Assembly (NCBI GenBank): GCA_030167145.1
Contig: CP126532.1
Location: 3,450,001 to 3,482,000, forward strand
Length of the DNA stretch: 32,000 bases
Direction: 5' to 3'
Source: Ktedonobacterales bacterium
GTDB lineage: Bacteria; Chloroflexota; Ktedonobacteria; Ktedonobacterales; JADMIN01
The notes under the pieces were generated by a model. The model was not told where the DNA came from, searched no databases, and saw only the letters and a program-made list of their open reading frames with translations. Positions 1 to 8,382 of the stretch are shown here, piece by piece. The stretch's first letter is position 1. Each line of letters opens with the position of its first letter. A program made the translations under genes and the position numbers.

Positions 1-514
1 TCGCCAGCGTCGGTCCGCCGGTGAGCAGGGCGCGCCAGCGGTGCGCATGCACCACCTGCGCCTTCCAGCCGCGTCCCGGCATGCCGGGGATCAACGCCAT
101 GTTCGAGGGCGGCGACGCGCCAAAGAACCATACGGCGTCGGGCAGGCGTGGGATGCCACCGCCGAGGGTGAGCGGATAATTCCAGAAGCCGAAACCGACC
201 GTGCCGCACAGATAACGCTGCTGGCCGCGCTCGTCGTGGTCGCCGTCTGGGCCGAGCGCTGGCGGGCAGATGGGATGCGACATGCGGGCGCGCAGCTCCA
301 TCCGCAGCGGCGGACGCCACGGGAAGCGCGCGAGGCGCAGGCCGGTGTAGTCGTCTATCTGCGCGTCGGCATACCTGCCCGCGACCGCGCTAGGGAGTGC
401 GAGGCGCAGGGCGGAACCCGCGAGGGCGAGCGTGCCGCCCCCGGTGAGGGTGCGCCGCCAGCGCTGGTCCAGCGGGCCAGTGAAATCGTCGCGTATTTCG
501 TCTGTCTGCCGCAT
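1..514 (-). CDS. hypothetical protein, N-terminal part only (gene runs off the left edge)
   Basis: Absent from the ORF track because it has no stop inside the window. Hand translation of the minus strand from ATG (complement of 512-514) gives [80 protein letters not shown]...[13 protein letters not shown]... It stays open for 171 codons to position 2. AAGGAG lies 12 nt upstream. No family recognised. Confidence 0.6.
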   Translation of the reverse strand, partial: MRQTDEIRDDFTGPLDQRWRRTLTGGGTLALAGSALRLALPSAVAGRYADAQIDDYTGLRLARFPWRPPLRMELRARMSHPICPPALGPDGDHDERGQQRYLCGTVGFGFWNYPLTLGGGIPRLPDAVWFFGASPPSNMALIPGMPGRGWKAQVVHAHRWRALLTGGPTLA

Positions 515-555
515 CGCCGTTTGGCACTCCTTTCGCCGCGCATACATGTCGTCTT

Positions 556-609
556 CATCCTACACGGGCGTGGGGCTACGCTGCCAGCCGGTCGCGTTGA
601 TGTAGGATG
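556..609. repeat. perfect 9-bp inverted repeat CATCCTACA (556-564) / TGTAGGATG (601-609) with a 36-nt spacer, intergenic
   Basis: Read directly. Lies between the stop of the lipoprotein gene (636) and the start of the next minus-strand gene (514). No U-tract follows it on the minus strand, so it is not a canonical terminator. Confidence 0.4.
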
Positions 610-635
610 TGGGCGACAGCGCGGCGGCATCCCGT

Positions 636-1859
636 CTATGGCACAGACAGAACGGGCAGTGTATTGGTGTCAACCGCATACAGTGTTGGGGTGGGATCCC
701 AATGCGGTGGATCCTTTGCCGACTGCGCTTCGGATTCACGATCCAACCATACTAGCGTATGCCCACTGACCCAGGCCCACAAGTTGCCGTTGATGACGGG
801 CAGGATCACGATTCGATGTTCCGCGCGGTCATAGACCTCGGTGATATTGCTGGCCTGCCAGGCAAAGATGCGGTCATTCATCGAGGGGAATTCAGGATAG
901 TTTGGGTAAGGGTTAGGAGTCAGACGCACAGGGTGCGAGATACCCTGTGTGAAGTCGTCTACCATGTAGAGTGCGCCATCCTGAATATATCCCATGCTAA
1001 CGCCTGCAAGCGCGAGCGACTGCGGTCCTTCCGCTTCCTGGAGTGTCTGACCTGTCTGGAGATTCTCGAATGCGAGATACCCACTTGTGCCGCTGGTCTG
1101 CTGTCCCCAGCATACCCACGGCCAGGAGAAGCTCGGACCGGCAGCTTTAGTTGCTAGCGTGGTGATCTTGCCAGTCGTGAGATCAGCCATGCGGACGATC
1201 AGGTTTGTATAGTCGCCGCTGCCAATAGGGCCGATTGCCTGCGCCCATATGACGAGGTTGTGATCCACTTCTGGCCACGGATATGGCCCATCCACTGGCT
1301 GGCCATTTACCCTCGCGGCCTTGGCAAGTTGGGTGACTTGCCGCGTCTGTCGGTTATACGCGAAGAGCACCCAATTGGAAAAGCCAGGTTGGTTATCGGC
1401 TTCGGACCAGACGACCCAGTCGCCATCGCTTGCCGCTTGCAATATCTGGCTCTGCGGCGCGAGCAGCTTATGCATGGTCACAATCTGGCCTGAGGCGATG
1501 TTATAGAGCACCGCATAGGATGGCTGGGTCGTATTGTCCATCAAGTCGCGAGGTGCGATAGCGCCCACCAGCCATTGCCCATCTGAGGTGACGGCCTGAT
1601 CGAAGACAAACACGCGGTCACTACCCATTGCGGTTGGGATTGAATGCACAGGCACATTGCCCCAGGCGCTCCGCATGTCGAGCGCTTTCGGATACACCGC
1701 AGGGCTTCCCGCTGGCGAAGGCGCACGTGTCGCTGTTGCTGAGGGCGCGGATACGCTCGCTTGCGTGCAGGCGGTCGCCAGCACGAGTATGCATGCAAGG
1801 AGCAGAGAGCAGGGCCAAAATGGCCCCGCTCCGAAGCGCTTTCCGCTTCTCATCACCAT
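636..1859 (-). CDS. predicted secreted/lipoprotein with beta-propeller-like repeats (function unknown)
   Basis: Internal start of ORF 636..2420 at ATG 1859 (MVMRSGKRF...). The 187 codons upstream overlap the peptidase gene in another frame. N-terminus: basic residues, then a hydrophobic stretch, then LATAC (lipobox-like). The body has recurring ...W-ending blades (SDGQWLVG, SDGDWVVWSE, HNLVIWAQ, PWVCWG, RIFAWQ, HTLVWLD). The start overlaps the upstream stop by 7 nt (ATGGTGA). Confidence 0.7.
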   Translation of the reverse strand: MVMRSGKRFGAGPFWPCSLLLACILVLATACTQASVSAPSATATRAPSPAGSPAVYPKALDMRSAWGNVPVHSIPTAMGSDRVFVFDQAVTSDGQWLVGAIAPRDLMDNTTQPSYAVLYNIASGQIVTMHKLLAPQSQILQAASDGDWVVWSEADNQPGFSNWVLFAYNRQTRQVTQLAKAARVNGQPVDGPYPWPEVDHNLVIWAQAIGPIGSGDYTNLIVRMADLTTGKITTLATKAAGPSFSWPWVCWGQQTSGTSGYLAFENLQTGQTLQEAEGPQSLALAGVSMGYIQDGALYMVDDFTQGISHPVRLTPNPYPNYPEFPSMNDRIFAWQASNITEVYDRAEHRIVILPVINGNLWAWVSGHTLVWLDRESEAQSAKDPPHWDPTPTLYAVDTNTLPVLSVP

Positions 1860-2854
1860 ACCAACCCCATGTTGTTGGCCAAGGTCGCCATGTCGCTGCT
1901 GGAGATCGTGTAGTACGGAGACGTTACGCTCTGGTACCAACCAACCGACGTGGCGCCATAAACCGAGTCGGCATAAGTGGTGTTGGCCCCAGAGTTGATG
2001 TAACCCTTGATGGCGATCCAGTGCCAGATATCCTGATTGCTCCGATGGCCTGGCAAATGCAGGCCATTCTTGGGCTCGTACACATTGCCAGCCAGCGGCC
2101 AGCCGGTGGAGATGTCGGCGGTGAGATCGGACTCGAAAATGGAGGTGGTGATCGGGGTGCTCGCACCGGTCCCCGATCCGCTCAGTGGCACATGAAAGGT
2201 TGTATTTAAGATAGTGTTGAGCGTGTTGGGCACGACGTGTGGATTCCAACTCGTGCCAGTTACCGAACTCGTGTTCAGGAAACTGGAACCAGCCAGATAG
2301 CCTTGAGAATGGGTGATCCCTTTCTCCTTGAGGATTTCCGCAACGGTCGCCGGACCGCAGTAGTAGTTGGTGGTTTGTGGCTGCTGCACGACATTCAGCG
2401 AAGCAGAGGTCGGCGGACACGTGTCTGTACAGCTAAAGGGCGAAACTGAGAACTGGGGCGCTGGCCAGCCAAACTGGCGCGCGAGTTGCCGCGCAGCATG
2501 CTGGAACGCCGCCATCGGTAACTTTCCCGCCAATACCCGTCTGAACTCTTGGGCGAGCGCCGTTTTCTTGGCGAGGATTTCTCGCTGCCGTGCTGTCAGA
2601 ATAATAGGTCTACTCACGCATTCCGCGCCCGCGATTGCAACGCTGCCACAGGCAGCGCCTGATACAGTTGTTCCTTGCGCACGTGCAATACTTGCCCCAC
2701 CTCCGCCAACCTGCATCGCTAGTAGTAACACGACAAGCGCACCGCATACCAGACCACTGACCAGGAACCACAAGACAAACGCCGGGTTGCAGGCGAGCCA
2801 TCTCGCCATCCATGAGCCAGATTCACTGTGTTTCCCTTTCCTCTCCACAACCAA
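1853..2854 (-). CDS. membrane-anchored papain-fold cysteine peptidase, C39-like
   Basis: 333-aa ORF. One N-terminal TM (AFVLWFLVSGLVCGALVVLLLAM). QQPQTTNYYCGPATVAEIL resembles the Gln/Cys catalytic motif of C39-like peptidases, and DIWHWIAIKGY resembles the His motif. The start is uncertain: TTG at 2854 has GAGGAA 10 nt upstream, and the alternative is ATG at 2809. Confidence 0.6.
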   Translation of the reverse strand: MVVERKGKHSESGSWMARWLACNPAFVLWFLVSGLVCGALVVLLLAMQVGGGGASIARAQGTTVSGAACGSVAIAGAECVSRPIILTARQREILAKKTALAQEFRRVLAGKLPMAAFQHAARQLARQFGWPAPQFSVSPFSCTDTCPPTSASLNVVQQPQTTNYYCGPATVAEILKEKGITHSQGYLAGSSFLNTSSVTGTSWNPHVVPNTLNTILNTTFHVPLSGSGTGASTPITTSIFESDLTADISTGWPLAGNVYEPKNGLHLPGHRSNQDIWHWIAIKGYINSGANTTYADSVYGATSVGWYQSVTSPYYTISSSDMATLANNMGLVW

Positions 2855-2947
2855 ACAACACGGTTTCCTCGGAGCACCATCCTCTCCTGCGAGGGCTGGG
2901 TGGCAAGTGCGCGCATCTTTGCCTCACCTTCCCTCTGCCGTGAAGAG

Positions 2948-2974
2948 AGTATCCGCTAGCTGAAGTTTTGTCAA
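2948..2974 (-). promoter_or_regulatory. candidate sigma70-type promoter for the peptidase/lipoprotein pair (TTGACA-N15-GATACT)
   Basis: The minus strand reads tgacgcTTGACAaaacttcagctagcgGATACTctc. The -35 is perfect, the spacer is short, and the site is about 90 nt upstream of the TTG start. Confidence 0.25.
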
Positions 2975-3165
2975 GCGTCAGTTTCGCCGTGTTGCAGAAA
3001 TTGGCGAAGATAGCGTTGCGAGCAGCGATTTCATCGGGAAGCGGGCTGGCGACCAGGCGAGGATGTTGGCGTATACTTGTGTTAGATGGCTCGCCCTATG
3101 AGCGTATATGGGCGCGTGATATGGGCCACAGAGTGATAGGACGAAGAATTAGGAGCGGGTGGCGC

Positions 3166-3603
3166 ATGGCGACGAAAGAAATGTCGGCCTCAGCGGTGTA
3201 TGCCGGTGGGATGCGGTTCGATGTGACGGGTAGCTCGGGATTCAGCCTGGTGCAAGATACGAGCGTCGCGGATGGCGGCGCGAACAGCGGCTTTCGGCCC
3301 ATCGAACTGCTGCTGGTGGCGCTGGCAGGCTGCACGGGGATGGATGTGATTTCGATTCTGAAGAAAAAGCGCCAGGATGTGCGCGCCTATGAGGTGAAGG
3401 TGCATGGCGTGCGCGCGCCGGAGCATCCAATGGTCTTCGTAGACATCACGGTGGAGCATGTGCTGACCGGCCACAACATTGATCCGGCGGCGGTGGCGCG
3501 GGCCATTGAGCTATCGGATACGAAGTATTGCGGCGTGGGCAACACGCTGGATAAGACGGCGAAGATCACCAGCACGTATCACATCGTCGAGAGCGGCGAG
3601 TGA
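3166..3603 (+). CDS. OsmC/Ohr-family peroxiredoxin-like protein
   Basis: Internal ATG at 3166 preceded by AGGAG. The 145-aa product has GFRPIELLLVALAGCTGMDVISILKKKR and SDTKYCGVGNTL, the two conserved Cys regions of OsmC-family proteins. Confidence 0.85.
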   Translation: MATKEMSASAVYAGGMRFDVTGSSGFSLVQDTSVADGGANSGFRPIELLLVALAGCTGMDVISILKKKRQDVRAYEVKVHGVRAPEHPMVFVDITVEHVLTGHNIDPAAVARAIELSDTKYCGVGNTLDKTAKITSTYHIVESGE

Positions 3604-3728
3604 CGAGTGACGCCGTAGCTCCCTAGAATACGCGCCGCGGTCATCTATTGCTCGCACATAGGCACGAGATACATACGAGTGGCATATGTATACAGCCAGG
3701 CTCATGACCATAGCGGGAGGAGCCACGC

Positions 3729-4607
3729 ATGCCAGACATGCTGAGTGAAGCAGAGGCATTGGGGCGTATCGTGGTGTGGGCGGCGCAGCATCCGCTGGTG
3801 CGCGCCGTGGTGCTGCAAAGCTCGCGCGCCGTTGAGCAGGCTGTTCTCGACCGCTTCTCCGATTACGACATCCTGCTGGTCGTCTCCGATGTGCGCCCGT
3901 TCGCCGAGGACAACGCCTGGCAGCGCTTTTTCGCGGAACCACTGGTGCGCTTTGGCGACGCCGGTCAGGTGTTGGAAATTGAGACCTATGCCCGCCTGGT
4001 ACTCTATCAGGATCACACCAAAGTTGACTACACCATCTGGCCGGTCGAACTGCTACGGCGCGTGGTGGAACGCCAGGAATCCACAGAGTTGCTGGACTGG
4101 GGTTATCGTGTGCTGCTCGATAAGGACGGCCTGACGGCTGGCTTGCCCGCGCCCAGCCGCAGCGCGCACATTCCGCCGCGACCCACGGAGAAGCAGTATC
4201 AGGCGCTTATCGAGGAGTTCTGGTGGGAAACGATCTATGTCGCGAAGAATCTCTGGCGCGACGAGCTGGTCTTTGCCCAGTACAACCTGGACGTGGTGAT
4301 GCGCTTCGAACTCCTGCTGCGCATGCTCGAATGGCGCATTGAGCTTGACCATGACTGGTCATGGAAGCCAGGGGTGGTGGGAAGAGGACTGAAGCGACAC
4401 CTGCCGCCTGATCTCTGGTCTGCGCTGGAGCGCACCTATGTGGGGCCGGAGATCGAACAGAACTGGGAGGCGCTCTTTGCGATGACGGCGTTCTTCAGGC
4501 GAGCGGCGATGGAGGTCGGGCAGGCGCTAGAGTACGGATATCCCGTGGAGTTGGATCGCGGCGTCAGCGCGTACCTGGAAGAGGTGCGCCGCCTGCCCCG
4601 CTCTTGA
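3729..4607 (+). CDS. aminoglycoside 6-nucleotidyltransferase, ANT(6)/AadK-like
   Basis: 292 aa, with GGGAGGAG as SD. Block-by-block resemblance to AadK-type enzymes: VVLQSSRA...DRFSDYDILLVVSD, VLLDKDG, EEFWWETIYVAKNLWRDELVFAQ, LLLRMLEW. Confidence 0.8.
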   Translation: MPDMLSEAEALGRIVVWAAQHPLVRAVVLQSSRAVEQAVLDRFSDYDILLVVSDVRPFAEDNAWQRFFAEPLVRFGDAGQVLEIETYARLVLYQDHTKVDYTIWPVELLRRVVERQESTELLDWGYRVLLDKDGLTAGLPAPSRSAHIPPRPTEKQYQALIEEFWWETIYVAKNLWRDELVFAQYNLDVVMRFELLLRMLEWRIELDHDWSWKPGVVGRGLKRHLPPDLWSALERTYVGPEIEQNWEALFAMTAFFRRAAMEVGQALEYGYPVELDRGVSAYLEEVRRLPRS

Positions 4608-4756
4608 ACGCATGGTAAACAGCAGCAGTGGCGGGGCGACACATTCGGCGCATCCGGCGTACCATCCGGGCGGACGGTGGCGACGTAGCCCGATTTCTGC
4701 TGGCGCACGAGTCACTGCATGTCTTCGGTGAGAATAGGCATGGCTGTTCTTCACTG

Positions 4757-6406
4757 CTACACGGCGACCTGCGTGGTGCGGTTGTAGATCACGTTGGGAT
4801 CGGTGAGCACGTTGACGCAGGCGGGTCTGCCGGAGGCGAAGGCGCGCTCGATGGCCGGGCGTATCTCTTCGGGGCGCGTAACCAGTTCGCCGTAGCCGCC
4901 GAGCGCCTCGACCATGCGGTCGTAGCGGATGCCGGGGGTGAGGTCGGCGGCGGTGCTGTGGCCGAGCATCGCTTTCTGCGGGTGCTTGATCTGCGCCCAC
5001 TGGCCATCATTGCCGATGACGCCAACAATCGGTAGATTGTGGCGCACCATTGTTTCGAACTCCATGCCGTTCAGGCCGAATGCGCCATCGCCGAAGAGAA
5101 TCGCCACCTGCTTATCTGGTCGCGCCAGCTTGGCGGCAATCGCGAAGCCTGTACCCGCGCCCAGTGTGCCCATCGGCCCGGCGTCGAGCCAGTGGCCCGG
5201 CTCCCACGCCTGAAGCACGCGTGCGCCGTAGCTGACGATGTCGCCGCCGTCGCCGACGACATAGGCGTCGTGGTCCAGCGCATCGCGTAGTTCGCGGCAG
5301 AGGCGCATCGGGTGGATTGGCGTCGCATCAGAGCGCATCAGCGCCTCCTCAGCCTCGCGCGCCTTCGCTTCGGCTGCGCGCACCTGCGCCACCCATGCGC
5401 TATGGTCCACCGGCTTGGCGAGCGCGGCGTCGAGCTGGCGCAGAATCGCGCCGACATCACCGGCGATGCCGACATCCGCGCCCCGATTCACGCCGATGTC
5501 CTCGCCCAGCGTATCTAGCCAGACGATCTTCGCGGCGGCGGGCACTAGCGGCGGCTGGCCGTAGTTCAAGCGGAAGTCGAGCTTCGTGCCGACCAGCAGC
5601 AACAGGTCCGCGCCGCCCAGGGCGGTGCGCCGCGCCAGCGAGTAGTAGAGTGGGTGGTCCGGTGGCAGGCTGCCGCGCCCGCCGCCGTTGAGGAAGACCG
5701 GCGCGTTGAGCCGCTCGGCCAGCGCGCGCAGTGGGGCCGCCGCGTCATCCCACCAGACGGCGGTTCCCGCGAAGATCACCGGGCGCTCGGCATGTGCCAG
5801 CAGCGCCGCCGCGCGTTCCACCGCCGCCGGGTCGCCCTGGGGCTTCGATGCGGTGCGATAGCCAGGGCCGGGGATGGTCGCTTCGGCGGTGGGGATCAGC
5901 GCGTTCAGCACATCCATCGGGCATTCGAGGAAGACCGGACCAGGCCGCCCTGCCGTCGCCTCACGAAATGCGGCGGCGGTATATTCGGCAAGCCGCGAAG
6001 TCTGCGTGACGGTGCGCGCCCATTTGGTGATCGAGCCGACGAGGTCGAGATGCCGTAGCTCTTGCAGCGCGCCCTGATCCCAGTTGGCAATGGGCGCCGC
6101 GCCGCCGAAGACGAGGATAGGACTGCCCGCCTGATAGGCGTTGGCGATGCCGGTGATGCCATCGGTGACGCCCGGCCCCGCCGTCAGCAGCGCCACACCG
6201 GGCTGGCGTGTCACCTTGGCCCAGCCTTCCGCCGCGTGGACGGCGACCTGCTCATGGCGGGTATCCATCACGCGAATGCCGCGCCGCAGGCAGCCATCAT
6301 AGATCGCCGCCACGTGGCCGCCGCTCAGCGTAAACACCACCTCCACGCCCTCGCGCTTGAGCATCTCGGCGATCAACAGCCCCCCATGCGCCATCACCTC
6401 GTCCAT
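4757..6406 (-). CDS. thiamine-diphosphate-dependent enzyme, acetolactate synthase large subunit-like
   Basis: Internal ATG at 6406 after GAGGAGG. 549 aa. The N-terminal Pyr domain has [26 protein letters not shown] and [19 protein letters not shown]. The C-terminal PP domain has [16 protein letters not shown]...[15 protein letters not shown]. The exact reaction cannot be assigned. Confidence 0.85.
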   Translation of the reverse strand: MDEVMAHGGLLIAEMLKREGVEVVFTLSGGHVAAIYDGCLRRGIRVMDTRHEQVAVHAAEGWAKVTRQPGVALLTAGPGVTDGITGIANAYQAGSPILVFGGAAPIANWDQGALQELRHLDLVGSITKWARTVTQTSRLAEYTAAAFREATAGRPGPVFLECPMDVLNALIPTAEATIPGPGYRTASKPQGDPAAVERAAALLAHAERPVIFAGTAVWWDDAAAPLRALAERLNAPVFLNGGGRGSLPPDHPLYYSLARRTALGGADLLLLVGTKLDFRLNYGQPPLVPAAAKIVWLDTLGEDIGVNRGADVGIAGDVGAILRQLDAALAKPVDHSAWVAQVRAAEAKAREAEEALMRSDATPIHPMRLCRELRDALDHDAYVVGDGGDIVSYGARVLQAWEPGHWLDAGPMGTLGAGTGFAIAAKLARPDKQVAILFGDGAFGLNGMEFETMVRHNLPIVGVIGNDGQWAQIKHPQKAMLGHSTAADLTPGIRYDRMVEALGGYGELVTRPEEIRPAIERAFASGRPACVNVLTDPNVIYNRTTQVAV

Positions 6407-6535
6407 CGCGTCCTCCTCGCTTTCCCGCGCCTGTATGCCAGTGTCTCGTCTCGCTGCTAGGGGCAGCATATCACGGCGCGGGAACAACATGGCGCACCTG
6501 TGTTTCCGCTGACGGGTAAGCCGCGTATATGAATC

Positions 6536-6556
6536 CATGTGTGATACACTGACATG
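6536..6556. promoter_or_regulatory. inverted repeat CATGT-N11-ACATG about 35 nt upstream of the TA-like pair (candidate operator)
   Basis: catgtgtgatacactgacatg read directly. It contains an inner GTGT/ACAC repeat. Its position fits an autoregulatory operator, but the arms are short. Confidence 0.2.
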
Positions 6557-6589
6557 GAGTAGGCGAGCCTGGAAAGCGAGGAAGTTCGT

Positions 6590-6925
6590 TTGACAGCGAC
6601 ATATGTGCAAGCACGTGATGGCAACCTGTACGCAGGTTCGACACGAATCACCGTGGAAACGATCATCAGAAGCTGGCAGTCTGGCCGGACACCTGAAGAG
6701 ATAGCCACGAGCTTTCCAAGCGTTCCTCTAGCAACTGTTTACGGCGCCATAGCCTACTATCTCGAACATAAAGATGAGATGGATGCGTTCTTCCAGGAGA
6801 CGGAAGAGCTAGACAACGCTCGCCAGGCATCTGATGAAGCCGCGGATCCCGAGTTTTACGCGCGTATGCGGCAGCGCGTCGCGGAAGCGCGCGTCCAGCT
6901 GAATCTGGAATCGCCAGTGCCATGA
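6590..6925 (+). CDS. DUF433-family protein (putative antitoxin-like partner)
   Basis: TTG start with GAGGAAG 5 nt upstream. GSTRITVETIIRSWQSGRTPEEIATSFPSVPLATVYGAIAYYLEH matches the DUF433 pattern. Its stop overlaps the next start (ATGA). Confidence 0.75.
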   Translation: MTATYVQARDGNLYAGSTRITVETIIRSWQSGRTPEEIATSFPSVPLATVYGAIAYYLEHKDEMDAFFQETEELDNARQASDEAADPEFYARMRQRVAEARVQLNLESPVP

Positions 6926-7296
6926 GCAGCGCTGATTCCGACGATCAGGTGCGCTTTTTGGCAGATGAGAACTTCGAGCCTGCGATTGTGACGGGATTAC
7001 GGCGCAGAGAGCCGCGAATAGACATCGTAACCGCTGTGGAAGCAGGTATCCTTGGCCTCAAAGATCCGGAGTTGCTCGCCTATGCTGCCCAACAAGATCG
7101 TATTCTTGTGAGCCATGACAAGCGCACACTGCCGGGTCATTTCGCGGAGTTCCTGATTGCCGGGCTTCGCAGCCCAGGAATCATGTTACTCTCTCCTAAC
7201 CTCTCCATTGGGCAATCTATCGAGGCGCTCCTGCTTATCTGGGCAGCCAGCCGCCATAGCGAGTGGTGTGATCGCATTACGAGGCTGCCGCTTTAA
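6922..7296 (+). CDS. DUF5615-family PIN-like protein (putative toxin partner)
   Basis: 124 aa. VRFLADENF...LVSHDKR is typical of the Mut7-C/PIN-like proteins that pair with DUF433. 4-nt overlap with the upstream gene. GC is visibly lower than in the neighbours. Confidence 0.7.
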   Translation: MSSADSDDQVRFLADENFEPAIVTGLRRREPRIDIVTAVEAGILGLKDPELLAYAAQQDRILVSHDKRTLPGHFAEFLIAGLRSPGIMLLSPNLSIGQSIEALLLIWAASRHSEWCDRITRLPL

Positions 7297-7420
7297 TCAG
7301 CCATTGTCGTGCAGCACGCGCGGCGGGGGCACACTCTCGCTCTCGCGCTCCTGCAGCACCGTCACCACTTCATGGCGCAGGTCGCTCACCACCTTGTGCT
7401 AGTTGCGATACATCCGCAGC
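7297..7420 (-). pseudogene. decayed 3' fragment of a DUF2382 (YsnF/AvaK) paralogue
   Basis: 7307-7400 aligns with 9863-9956, the 3' end of the intact gene, at roughly 80% identity, including a 41-nt perfect block. The minus strand reads ...ARRLALRMYRN*HKVVSDLRHEVVTVLQERESESVPPPRVLHDNG* versus ...EYLRIRKDLVREQHEVVSDLRREVVTVTEERESESVPPPRVLHEPR... in the intact copy. It has an in-frame TAG and no N-terminal part. Confidence 0.75.
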
Positions 7421-7473
7421 GCCAGCCGCCTGGCTCACCGGCTTTCGAGGATTCGCGTCGGCTTCCGCACTCC

Positions 7474-8355
7474 TCAGATGTGGGCGAGTTTTTCCGGGTT
7501 GGCAAGGATGCGAATCGCCTGAATGTGTCCTTCATCCACATCAATGGTCAGGATAGAGAACGCTTGACCGCCAACGTAGACGATCAAAGCCGTTTGGCCG
7601 TTGACCTCCCCTGGCGCGACATGCGCGTTATCTGGCCAAAAGCGTCGCGTGCCCAGGATAAAACGCGCCACGGCGTCGCGTCCGAAAACGGGGCGCGTGG
7701 CTGCTCCTCTGGTTTTGCCGCCGCCATCGGCCCACAGCGTGACCTCTTCGGCCAGCATGCCCGTCAGGGCGGCCATGTCACCCCCCTGAACCGCGCGCAA
7801 GAAACCCGTGAGCAGTTGCCGGTGGGTATCAGGAGAGGCCGGGAAGCGTGGCCGGTGCGCTTGCAGATGGAGCTTAGCCCGACTAAAGGAGCGGCGACAG
7901 GCCGTTTCACTCTTGTCGAGCATATGCGCAATCTCGCCAAACTCGTAGGCAAAGACTTCGCGCAGCAGGAAGACCGCGCGCTCGAACGGCTGAAGCTGTT
8001 CCAGCAGCATGAGAAAGGCGAGCGAGATTGATTCCTGCATGTCCACACGCTTTTCCGGGTCACCCATTTCAGCCATCTCAGCCATTTCGGACGTTTCTGC
8101 CGTGAGAATCGGCTCTGGCAACCAGGGTCCCACGTATGTCTCGCGCTGCCGATGCGCAAGCTGAAGTTGATCCATGCATAAGCGCGTGAGAATCGTGGTG
8201 AGGTACGCTTTGAGCGAGCGGATGGTTTCCGGCGGCGTGGCCTGATAACGCAGATAGGTCTCCTGCACCATATCCTCAGCATCCATCGCACTGCCGAGCA
8301 TGCGGTAGGCGATAGCAAAGAGGTAGTGCCGGTAGCTTTCAAATGTTTCTTCCAT
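7474..8355 (-). CDS. ECF sigma factor, ECF41/SigJ-type, with a C-terminal SnoaL-like extension
   Basis: 293 aa. AYRMLGSAMDAEDMVQETYLRY is region 2. ETYVGPWLPEPILT is the linker hallmark of this group. A roughly 100-aa C-terminal extension follows region 4. No anti-sigma gene is adjacent. Confidence 0.85.
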   Translation of the reverse strand: MEETFESYRHYLFAIAYRMLGSAMDAEDMVQETYLRYQATPPETIRSLKAYLTTILTRLCMDQLQLAHRQRETYVGPWLPEPILTAETSEMAEMAEMGDPEKRVDMQESISLAFLMLLEQLQPFERAVFLLREVFAYEFGEIAHMLDKSETACRRSFSRAKLHLQAHRPRFPASPDTHRQLLTGFLRAVQGGDMAALTGMLAEEVTLWADGGGKTRGAATRPVFGRDAVARFILGTRRFWPDNAHVAPGEVNGQTALIVYVGGQAFSILTIDVDEGHIQAIRILANPEKLAHI

Positions 8356-8382
8356 GGTCTCTCATACTCCTCCCTGCTCCGC

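Noticed and set aside
41-769. 242-aa plus-strand ORF at the left edge
   Set aside because: The product is Arg-rich and featureless. The opposite strand carries an open frame with an SD and protein-like composition, reported as partial CDS 1-514.
1860-2420. 187-codon N-terminal extension of ORF 636..2420
   Set aside because: It overlaps the C39-like peptidase gene in another frame and encodes His/Arg-rich sequence. The lipoprotein-type signal peptide begins exactly at the internal ATG 1859, which overlaps the upstream stop.
7309-8031. 240-aa plus-strand ORF overlapping the sigma gene
   Set aside because: It is antisense to a well-supported ECF41 sigma gene. Its first 30 codons are simply the complement of the DUF2382 relic, which explains the similar ORF at 9772..10023.
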